From: Deltaproteobacteria bacterium TL4
GTDB lineage: Bacteria > SAR324 > NAC60-12
DNA: 64,000 nucleotides
Direction: 5' to 3'
Assembly: GCA_051382335.1 (NCBI GenBank)
Contig: JBBCAX010000033.1
Coordinates: forward strand, 62,891 to 126,890
This document shows positions 42,985 to 51,497 of this stretch, in pieces (the stretch's first letter is position 1; each line of letters starts with the position of its first letter). Below the pieces are notes generated by a model. The model searched no databases. It worked only from the letters and a program-made list of their open reading frames with translations, and was not told where the DNA came from. The translations under genes and the position numbers were made by a program.

Positions 42985-43806
42985 ATGAAAACTGCTAATA
43001 ACACCCTTTATGTATTCCTCACTGCGATTTTGCTTTCCATAATTTTGTCTGGTTGCGGCAATGCCCTGGAAGGAACCACTGACAAAGTTCCTGAGCAAGT
43101 GGTATGGCATGATACAGCTAGGGATCATTATCTAGTCATTAAAAAAGATCAGACTTATGTCATGAAAAGATGCAGTGTCAACAACGGTTACGTCGATATC
43201 GAGGGCTTTACAGGAAAAATTTCTGGTGATTCGTTGATTTACAATGGTGAATCTTATAACATAATTGAAACTGAAGACACGCTAACTATTGTGATTGATG
43301 ATTCTTCAGCCAGTAGCTCCATCAACTTGGAGTATGTAAAAGAAACCGAGGTGCCTAAACTATGCACAGGAGACGCAGTCGACATTGGAACGGTGACCCC
43401 CTCAGAACCTATAGTCAATGAAAAAAATGAGTTGGAGTTTGAGTCTATTGAGGTGTTATATCGACTTAACGGTTTAGAAAAGGGAGAAATCAGCATAGGC
43501 TTTAATGTGGACCCTGGTTCCCCTGGAATCGTCAAATTGTTTGCGGAGAAGATCGTGGAGCCAGGGACAGCTTCTGCCGTATTTTATGAGAAACTCTTAG
43601 TTGAACTCAAAACTGACGTCAGTAATGAGAGTACCACAGACAAACTTGATGTCAGTAACGTGAATTTTAAAGTTTTCGCAAACCTTTCACAATTCAATCA
43701 TCCTGCGGCTTGGACCCCCTTGGCCTCAGTCTTTAAAACCATTGCCTTGAAAAGGGCAGAAGTAGATGCTTCCAGTGACAGCTCTCCAAAGAGATCTTGG
43801 GAATGA
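42985..43806 (+). CDS. Hypothetical lipoprotein
   Basis: MKTANN... signal with lipobox LSG-C; stop abuts the convergent gene at 43807. Confidence 0.75.
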   Translation: MKTANNTLYVFLTAILLSIILSGCGNALEGTTDKVPEQVVWHDTARDHYLVIKKDQTYVMKRCSVNNGYVDIEGFTGKISGDSLIYNGESYNIIETEDTLTIVIDDSSASSSINLEYVKETEVPKLCTGDAVDIGTVTPSEPIVNEKNELEFESIEVLYRLNGLEKGEISIGFNVDPGSPGIVKLFAEKIVEPGTASAVFYEKLLVELKTDVSNESTTDKLDVSNVNFKVFANLSQFNHPAAWTPLASVFKTIALKRAEVDASSDSSPKRSWE

Positions 43807-46800
43807 TTATTCCTTAGGTGACGAAAAATTGCAGGTAAGTTGAATGGTACCAGAATCCAGATCTCCATCCTTACAAGCTAAGCCTGTGTCAAAGTTCCAG
43901 TTAATGGGTTCTGCTGGAGTGAGTTTTGTGAAATCAGGAACCCTATAGGAATTACTACAATAATTACTTCCAGCCCAATGTGGAATCCCATTTTCCGCTG
44001 TGACCTCGACATTTTTGTGTAAAAGGGTCCCTCCAACGGAGATTTCAGCAATTCCCTCATTCTCTCCATAGCGGGCGAGCATACAAAGGTTTAAAATACC
44101 CTGAGGATTCGTCTTCTCATCAAAAGTATAACCCTTATAGGCCAAATAGCCATCGTTCTCAGCCTGTAAAATAAAGCCATCGAGCATAAAAAAACGCTCG
44201 CATTCCGTTTCGCATTTTTCAATACGTTCGACACACGCCGCATCGCAAGCTGAAGTTTGGAGACTGGCACACTCTGTCTCGCATCTGTTAGTTTGAAGCT
44301 CAGGACAGGTCTTCTGTAAATTTGACCGATCACAACAGGCTCCCCCCAATGTTGTGATGACACTCCCGCATAAATTGTTTGAAACCTTAACATCAGCAAG
44401 CTTAAAACTAAGGCCATCACTCATCTCTCCGCCCTCATTCCCGGTATAGACGAGCCAATAGTCAGCATGTTCAGGGATGGGGATATCTTCCAGTTTTGCG
44501 ACAAGTTCTTGATCTTTTTTAAATTCTCTAAACAAGAGGGGTTCCTCATTCATAGCCTTCAACTTAAGGCCATCCTGCTCCCCCCAATACACCTTATAAT
44601 AGGTAATGATTGACTCGTCATTTGCTTTGGTTAAGCTCAGTGTCCCAGTGAGTATTCCCTGTTTCGGATTTTCATCCTCAAAACTTATACCCGCCGCTTT
44701 TTCAGAGGGAGGATAATTGTCAATAATCCTCTTAGCTAAATACCCCTCGGATTCGCCAGCATCGTTTGCTTTATATATTAAAAAATAAACGGCACTTTCA
44801 ATAGATTCATTGTTTAGTGAGACTACTGGATTTTCTTTGGATACCGATTTAATCTCTTTTATTTTGCGTTCCTCACTATCACCCCAATAAAAATTATACA
44901 TTGTTACCTGAGTGTCCTTCTCCATTTTACTAAGTGCTAATTCACCTGTGATGACACCTTTGTCAGAGTTTATATCCTTAAATACTATTTCAAGCGTGTC
45001 GGCATCCTTGATTACAACAGGTTTACTGGCATCCTTGATTGGCAAAGAAAAAGGCTTCAGTCCTTCACCCCCCTCAAGGTTAGCCGAATAAACCAAGAAA
45101 TGCGTTGCTCCTTCAGGTATTGTTGCGTCAGTTAACTTAAAATCAGGTTTACCGTCCTTTTCGAATCTTTGAATGGCGGGTATATTTTTAATTATTTCCA
45201 TGCCATTTCCCTCATCCCGCGGCTTTCCCCAGTAAAGAAGGTAATATTCAATTTTGTTGTCTGTTCCTGGGGTAAGCACCATATTTCCTGATAACTTTCC
45301 ACCATTCGGATCACCATCCGTAAATGTGAGGTTTTTAGCCAGACCCGTCGGAGGAGTTCCCAAAGCTGTTCTGACCCAATATCGTTGGCTTACAGCCATC
45401 TCTCCCTTTATATTTTCCTGGCTTGGAAAAGACGCGATAAATTGAATGAGATGATATCCTTGCTTACTCTCAATACCAAAGTTTTCAATAGCAAGGAGTA
45501 CTTCTAGTCCTTCGTTGTCATTGCTGAGGGTTCCTTTGTCAAGGAAATCCAATGTACGCTTTAAATCATCCTTGAGATCCATAGTAATATCATCGACTTT
45601 AACATACAAAGCGAGATCCTTTAAACCGTCTTTGCTCAATGCGGTATTAAACCTCAAAGGAAACTGAATAGATTCTTTTCTCGCTAAGGGCGTAATTGGA
45701 ACAAACACGTTTTCCTTTTCTTGAAGAGAAATCGAACTTCCGGCTTGAGGGACTCCAACCCAAACCGCCTCCTTTTGATTTTTATTTATCGCCTTAACGC
45801 TTACAATATTAGCGCCAGGAGGAATAAATACAGGACAGTTAAAGGCTCCCGATGCAGCCTTAAAAGCATACTGCTCTATCCCATTTTTACCCACAATATT
45901 ATTCACCTCAACCAGTAACGTATTGCCATCAAATTGGGAAAGAGTCCCCTTAATCCACGCATTAACCAGCTTTACTAATGAAACCGAACCTTCACCATTT
46001 TGTGAAAGGCTTGAAGAACAACCTGAGGTTTCACCGTAGAGACTGGGATTTTCCAAAACAAAGGAACTCACCTCAATTGCTGGCTGTAAGTTCGGATCAA
46101 CAGTCTCTTGTAACGATAATATGAGTTGGGGCAAATTTTCCAGTTTCCCGTTACTTAAAAATTCAACCTGATGCTGTGCTTCGTAACGAAGCGAAGCCGT
46201 GACTGAAAAAACAACTGAATGCGAGGCGGGAACATTTTCAAAGCGAAAATTGCCTTTGGAATCACTCACTGTCGAACTGCGAGATCCGCCAACATCAAAA
46301 GAGATGTTGATGTCACGATAATCGGAAGGAGTCGAATTTTCCAATTGGATTGTACCTTTAACAGTAGCGGCAGGTTCATGATAATATTCCTTGCTGATCC
46401 ATGAGGTCACATAGCTTCCCCGGGCATTGGAAACAAGCTTTAAGCGGAAGCGGTTTGAGCCTGATTTCAAAGGAATAGGAAGATCAATGCTGCCATCAGC
46501 TTCGATAAAATCACTAATCGATATCGGTATGGTTAACTCATTCCAAAACAACTGCAAGTCTCCCATACTCTTATCAAAAGCAACGTTTTGGGAAATCTGG
46601 TCATAATAATAATGTTCATAAACAACGCCCTTTATTCTTCCCAAACCTTCCTCATCATTAAAAAAATACAAGGCCGCTATAAAAGGAGCGATTTCACTGG
46701 CTGTTTTTTGATTCACAAAATTTTCATCATTCCTGTTTTGGGGTGTTTTTTTGACAAGAACAAGAGGTTTTAAGTCAAGAAGAGTACTATCCTTGGAATA

Positions 46801-48948
46801 ATAGTTCATCAAAGGGTGCCATTCCCGTTTATCCTTCAATTCATACCCCTCTTTTTCAACTTTTATTTGCAGGTAAGGAAACATGCGGGGATCTATTTCA
46901 TCAAAAGCAAAATTATTGGTATTCCCGTACCGTTCATCCGTACAAGCAAAGACATAGGTCGCCTCCTGTTGAAAAAAGTCGCTATTGCACGTTCCATCCT
47001 CAGTACATAAACTCGGTTTAGTCATTGCGTCAAAAGGATTGCTCTGACAAAAACGACTCATTTCGGTCAGAGTTTGTGTGGCATAAGTTTGTGGATTGGA
47101 GGCATTCCATACAAAAGAATTATGCTTAATGTTTACAAAACCTTCCAGGACTTCATTCCAGGTTTCTCGCTCCTTAGCTTCAAAGGTTATTCGAGGATGT
47201 TTCACAGTGACCTGAATTAGAGCGGTTTGCAAGCCTTGAATCATTGCGTTTTTCAAATAATGGCCCTCATTAAACCCAGTATTTGACCCCAAAGAGGAGA
47301 ACAATTCCGCCTTATTGAACAAGCTCTTGTTATCGACTATAATGTTTTTCACAGACCATTCATATTGGGCACTTTGATGAAACCCTGCCTTGATTAAATT
47401 GTTTTTTTTATCTCTGATTAAATTCAAATTCCAGGGAGAATCAAATTGAACTGGGTTCGGAGGCAAAAGTGCTCCTGTCATTTCCAGTTGATCGAGACTT
47501 AACATCCCTGGAACACGGAGAGTTACTTTGGCTCCTTCAACTAATTTCCCCGTATCACTATTTTCAGTAACTCTTCCGCGAATCATGCCCGCTCTATGTA
47601 TTATTTTTTGTAAAGAAATTGGTTTTACCGAATTCTCTTTAAAGATACTTGAAGCCAAACCTGAGACCCGTGTTCTATAACCAGGAGCTATGATTTCAAA
47701 AAAAGCTTTTACTTCTGCTGTTGCGAAGACAGCCTCAAAAGCTCCCTGATCATCCGGACGATAAGGGATGCCATCCAGTAATACCATGACATCAGACTTT
47801 ATTACCGATTCAGAATCAACGTCTTGAACTGAAAACTTGGAATTTTTGTGCGCAAAACCTGAGGCATTTTCAATTACAATGAAGAGTTCCGACGGCAAAT
47901 GAGCCAAATCCTCTTGTTGTTGCGCAATGGAGATGGGCACCAAACTACACACACCTTCATTTCCATTTAATTCTTTAAATGCTTCATCCTTACAAAAGGC
48001 TTCACCCGTGAGGATCTTAATTACGGCGTCTTCTACATTGCTCGTATAAAAATAACTGGCCTCAGCATCTGACTCTGGAGTTAAAGACTTCCATTTTTCG
48101 GTGCTCTGATCGTAATGATACACGGAAAGTCTCAGATGTTCAGTCTCATCTTTCTTAAAGATTGTTGACACCTCAGCAAACTCGAAACCACGAAACAAAC
48201 GGGTTAGGCCAAACTCAATACTTCCCTCAAACCCTAGTGTTTCCAAGGGGATAACGTCATGCTTGCTGTTAGTTGCGACAATCCCTATTCCAGCAACCAC
48301 TCTTGCTCCCGTTGAAAGCACACTCTTCTTAAATTCATCCAAAGCTTTTGAATCCTGGATGATGCCCATGTGTGACAGAGGTTGTACTTGTAAATAAACA
48401 TCTTCAGAAAGCTGCTTGGTTTCAAGTTTCAACCGGAGGGATCTTTGAGAATCAATTAATATTTGAGAACGGGGAGTGGAAATCTGAGTTCTTAAAGGGA
48501 TAAACGTCCGTACTGGATCCAATGTTATTAAATAATAAAAACTAAAGTTATCCTTGGATGGCTTGGAGAAAGAGGCGCTTTTAAAACGGGGATTATAATA
48601 GCGTCCAGGGGGATTCACCCACAATACGGCTAACTCCTTTGTTCCTTGTAACGCGATATAAATATTGCTTAAAGGCTCGGAACCATCTGAATAAACACCG
48701 CCTTTACAAACGGATTTATTCCCAGCTTGACCTTCAATACATTGAGCTAATTCAAATTTTCCATTACTCAAGGTAAAGGTAGAGGCTAAGAGTCTCATCT
48801 CTGTGGACAGTGCGCTATCAGTTGAGGCCTCAGCTTCAATTGAACTGCCATCGTTGCGGGAGTGATCATAGGAAAGGTTTCTGCAACTACTTAAGATGAT
48901 CCCGGCAATTAACGCAATAACAATCCTTAGAATCCACTTTCGAGCCAT
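43807..48948 (-). CDS. Large lipoprotein (~1710 aa) with beta-sandwich domains, three YWG repeats and a Cys-rich C-terminus
   Basis: Lipobox LSS-C after MARKW; carboxypeptidase-regulatory-like segments; three FxD...GxxxG...YWG...LVY repeats; Cys cluster near the end. Confidence 0.8.
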   Translation of the reverse strand: MARKWILRIVIALIAGIILSSCRNLSYDHSRNDGSSIEAEASTDSALSTEMRLLASTFTLSNGKFELAQCIEGQAGNKSVCKGGVYSDGSEPLSNIYIALQGTKELAVLWVNPPGRYYNPRFKSASFSKPSKDNFSFYYLITLDPVRTFIPLRTQISTPRSQILIDSQRSLRLKLETKQLSEDVYLQVQPLSHMGIIQDSKALDEFKKSVLSTGARVVAGIGIVATNSKHDVIPLETLGFEGSIEFGLTRLFRGFEFAEVSTIFKKDETEHLRLSVYHYDQSTEKWKSLTPESDAEASYFYTSNVEDAVIKILTGEAFCKDEAFKELNGNEGVCSLVPISIAQQQEDLAHLPSELFIVIENASGFAHKNSKFSVQDVDSESVIKSDVMVLLDGIPYRPDDQGAFEAVFATAEVKAFFEIIAPGYRTRVSGLASSIFKENSVKPISLQKIIHRAGMIRGRVTENSDTGKLVEGAKVTLRVPGMLSLDQLEMTGALLPPNPVQFDSPWNLNLIRDKKNNLIKAGFHQSAQYEWSVKNIIVDNKSLFNKAELFSSLGSNTGFNEGHYLKNAMIQGLQTALIQVTVKHPRITFEAKERETWNEVLEGFVNIKHNSFVWNASNPQTYATQTLTEMSRFCQSNPFDAMTKPSLCTEDGTCNSDFFQQEATYVFACTDERYGNTNNFAFDEIDPRMFPYLQIKVEKEGYELKDKREWHPLMNYYSKDSTLLDLKPLVLVKKTPQNRNDENFVNQKTASEIAPFIAALYFFNDEEGLGRIKGVVYEHYYYDQISQNVAFDKSMGDLQLFWNELTIPISISDFIEADGSIDLPIPLKSGSNRFRLKLVSNARGSYVTSWISKEYYHEPAATVKGTIQLENSTPSDYRDINISFDVGGSRSSTVSDSKGNFRFENVPASHSVVFSVTASLRYEAQHQVEFLSNGKLENLPQLILSLQETVDPNLQPAIEVSSFVLENPSLYGETSGCSSSLSQNGEGSVSLVKLVNAWIKGTLSQFDGNTLLVEVNNIVGKNGIEQYAFKAASGAFNCPVFIPPGANIVSVKAINKNQKEAVWVGVPQAGSSISLQEKENVFVPITPLARKESIQFPLRFNTALSKDGLKDLALYVKVDDITMDLKDDLKRTLDFLDKGTLSNDNEGLEVLLAIENFGIESKQGYHLIQFIASFPSQENIKGEMAVSQRYWVRTALGTPPTGLAKNLTFTDGDPNGGKLSGNMVLTPGTDNKIEYYLLYWGKPRDEGNGMEIIKNIPAIQRFEKDGKPDFKLTDATIPEGATHFLVYSANLEGGEGLKPFSLPIKDASKPVVIKDADTLEIVFKDINSDKGVITGELALSKMEKDTQVTMYNFYWGDSEERKIKEIKSVSKENPVVSLNNESIESAVYFLIYKANDAGESEGYLAKRIIDNYPPSEKAAGISFEDENPKQGILTGTLSLTKANDESIITYYKVYWGEQDGLKLKAMNEEPLLFREFKKDQELVAKLEDIPIPEHADYWLVYTGNEGGEMSDGLSFKLADVKVSNNLCGSVITTLGGACCDRSNLQKTCPELQTNRCETECASLQTSACDAACVERIEKCETECERFFMLDGFILQAENDGYLAYKGYTFDEKTNPQGILNLCMLARYGENEGIAEISVGGTLLHKNVEVTAENGIPHWAGSNYCSNSYRVPDFTKLTPAEPINWNFDTGLACKDGDLDSGTIQLTCNFSSPKE

Positions 48949-48992
48949 AAACTTCTTTTGAGTAGCTGAGGACAACACAACCAAGTTTTAAG

Positions 48993-50615
48993 TTAATATT
49001 TGGTACAATCCGCTTCACGTATGATTCTTTGTGCCTCAGGAAACAAATTTTGGGTACATTCTTTGAGAGACGTTTCGGCAAAAACCACATCCACACGTCG
49101 ATTCACTTTTCTCGCGTTATTCAACGCCGCCCCGCTTTTGCCCTCTATAGAAACCATAGGTTGAGTATAGGCAAAACCAATCGTGGAAATCCGCAGGGGA
49201 TCGTAACCCAACTGATTCATCATCAACCAAGCCACAGTAGTGGCACGATCTGCGCTTAATTCCCAGTTTCTGCCCATGCCGCCATCACGAAAGGGCACAT
49301 CATCGGTATGCCCTTCAACACGAATGGAATCATTCGCAAGCTCTTCAAAAACTTTAATTTTCCCTAAAAAAGCTTTTAATGACTCCAGCTTATCCTCTCT
49401 TATCGTCGCGCTGCCACTGGCAAACAGGAAGTCCTCAGGTAACGTCAAGATACACCGGCGTTTGGTCGATATTAATTTAAAACCACCGAATTCAGCGCTG
49501 TTGTTGTTCAAAAAATTTTCAATTCCAGAACAGTCTTTGGTTTTTATCGTGTCGGAAAAAGTAATCTTGTGAGTTTTTCCTTCATACACCACCGCATTTA
49601 AAAGTTCCTGCTCTTTCATGGAAATTTCCAAAGTTTTTTTCCCCTGGATGTTCAGCACATCAATCAAGAGAATTCCTTCCTGTTTCCCTTGAGGAATCAC
49701 AATTTTCGGTTCGCTCGTCAGTCTGTAGTCACTCCCCGGTTGAGCTGTGCCTTTTAACTCCAGCGGGATCTCCACATCCAAGCCACTTGGTTCACTCAAG
49801 ATGGCCGAAATCGCAATTTTTTCCTTGGACCGTACATCACTTTCCTCCTGACGAAACTTCACTACAGGAATCTCATCATCATCATCAATCACCAGGGTCT
49901 GCGACATGATCAATCCGCCCAAGATCCGATCATCAAAGATTTGAGCTCCTTCTTTTACTTGGGGTCGGCCCAAACTAACGCGAATTTCTTCCCGACGTTC
50001 ATTAAGTTTATCATTAATGAGACACAGGACCACTTCCACCGTGTTCTGTTTAGGCGCAAAAACCACCTCTTGTTTGTCTCTGACATAATCAACCCCAATC
50101 ATGACACTCTCTGGCGATATGCCTTGTCCTGGCTTGCACTGGGAATGGACACCACCGTTGACCGCATTGCCTTCAAAGATTAGAGGCACAACGACAGAAT
50201 TGGAAACAGTACGAGTGAGCGTGATTCTTAACACTATCTGCGATTTACTTTCTATAATGTGTGTCTCCACCGATTGAGAAGCAATGATGAATTGATTATC
50301 ATGTTCCGAAGCGACGTTGTCGCCTAAAATCCTATGAATCGCCTCCAAAAAATCAGAATCATTCGCATACGATTCTTTCCTTATACCCGAAGCCCTCAAT
50401 GCGGTAGACATACTTTCAGGAAGTTTTGACTCCAAGATCTTGAGGACTTGATCCGAGAGCATAAACGGAGTAAACAGGTTAACGTTGGGTTTACTTCTAA
50501 GAGACAGGTAAATGAAGAAACAAAGCAGCAAAGTAATCAGATCCGCGAAGGTCAATAACCATTTTGCCACTTTATGAGATTCAGCTTGTTTTCTTTGACG
50601 CACTGGGTCCCTCAA
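48993..50615 (-). CDS. motB: MotB-like stator subunit with two Calx-beta domains and OmpA-like peptidoglycan-binding domain
   Basis: WLLTFADLITLLLCFF (conserved Asp); LFASGSA, IRVEGHTDDVP, NWELSADRA, NRRVDV; two GxA..GxDY...VF/IP Calx-beta units. Confidence 0.88.
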   Translation of the reverse strand: MRDPVRQRKQAESHKVAKWLLTFADLITLLLCFFIYLSLRSKPNVNLFTPFMLSDQVLKILESKLPESMSTALRASGIRKESYANDSDFLEAIHRILGDNVASEHDNQFIIASQSVETHIIESKSQIVLRITLTRTVSNSVVVPLIFEGNAVNGGVHSQCKPGQGISPESVMIGVDYVRDKQEVVFAPKQNTVEVVLCLINDKLNERREEIRVSLGRPQVKEGAQIFDDRILGGLIMSQTLVIDDDDEIPVVKFRQEESDVRSKEKIAISAILSEPSGLDVEIPLELKGTAQPGSDYRLTSEPKIVIPQGKQEGILLIDVLNIQGKKTLEISMKEQELLNAVVYEGKTHKITFSDTIKTKDCSGIENFLNNNSAEFGGFKLISTKRRCILTLPEDFLFASGSATIREDKLESLKAFLGKIKVFEELANDSIRVEGHTDDVPFRDGGMGRNWELSADRATTVAWLMMNQLGYDPLRISTIGFAYTQPMVSIEGKSGAALNNARKVNRRVDVVFAETSLKECTQNLFPEAQRIIREADCTKY

Positions 50616-51496
50616 GTCAAAATATTTCTATAGACAAAATCACGGTCATCATAAGGTCGATAGATTTCCAAATCTTCTAACATTGTGTGAACAGGCTCCT
50701 TACGCTTGATATGAATGATCGCCTCACGAATCATCTCCAACTGTGTGGAGATTGAGGCTTTAAGCTCTTTCCGTTTCGTCGCAACCGGTTCAAAAATCAA
50801 GTTAGTGAGAACCACACCATACAAGGTCGTGAGCAAAGCCACTGACATCCCCTGCATCACCACACTGAGATCATCCTTTGAAGTAAAAATCAAAACCAAG
50901 CCGATAATCGTTCCCATCATTCCAAAAGCGGGAGCGGTTGCGCCCATAAAATTTAAAACCTCAATTTCTTCGTTGGCCCTTTTTTCAAACATATCAATTT
51001 CAGACTCAATAATTTCATTAATCATTATTTCCGAGACATCCCCGTGTTGAATCAGCCGGGACACCCAACGTTTCATCAAACTATGTTTGATTTGGTTGAT
51101 TCCGGCACCACCAATACCACCAGGACTGTTTTGCATTTTTGCGAGACGTTCAGCATCTTGGAAAATATCATTGATATTCTCCTGATCATCATAAGGCTGC
51201 AAGGCCTTGGCAATGTAACGAAAACTGCGCATGGCCCGCTGATAAGGAAACGCGATCATGGTTGAGGCATAAGTTCCCCCCAAAACAATGAAAACTGATT
51301 TTAAGTCCACAAAGCGCGATAATAGGACTAATAGGGAATCTTCAGAGAAATACCTCAATAAAATCAGGTATAAACTTGAATATTCCGCAGGCCAGATCAC
51401 GCCAAACAAAATAAAGAAAATACCCAGAAAAAAACCGCTGATGGTGAATAATTTATTCTTATTAAACCTTTCTTGTGGTGACTCCTCTGTTTTCAT
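50612..51496 (-). CDS. motA: MotA/PomA-like stator subunit
   Basis: FVDLKSVFIVLGGT, APAFGMMGTIIGLV, MSVALLTTLYG...EP; 4-bp overlap with motB. Confidence 0.9.
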   Translation of the reverse strand: MKTEESPQERFNKNKLFTISGFFLGIFFILFGVIWPAEYSSLYLILLRYFSEDSLLVLLSRFVDLKSVFIVLGGTYASTMIAFPYQRAMRSFRYIAKALQPYDDQENINDIFQDAERLAKMQNSPGGIGGAGINQIKHSLMKRWVSRLIQHGDVSEIMINEIIESEIDMFEKRANEEIEVLNFMGATAPAFGMMGTIIGLVLIFTSKDDLSVVMQGMSVALLTTLYGVVLTNLIFEPVATKRKELKASISTQLEMIREAIIHIKRKEPVHTMLEDLEIYRPYDDRDFVYRNILT

Positions 51497-51497
51497 C

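Noticed and set aside
48993..51496. Zorya ZorAB anti-phage motor
   Set aside because: The MotA lacks the long ZorA cytoplasmic tail, there are no ZorC/D/E-like neighbours, and the motifs are of the flagellar MotA/PomA type.
48993..51496. ExbBD/TolQR or Agl gliding motor
   Set aside because: The B subunit has a MotB-type TM motif and an OmpA domain rather than an ExbD/TolR domain, and no TonB-like gene is adjacent.
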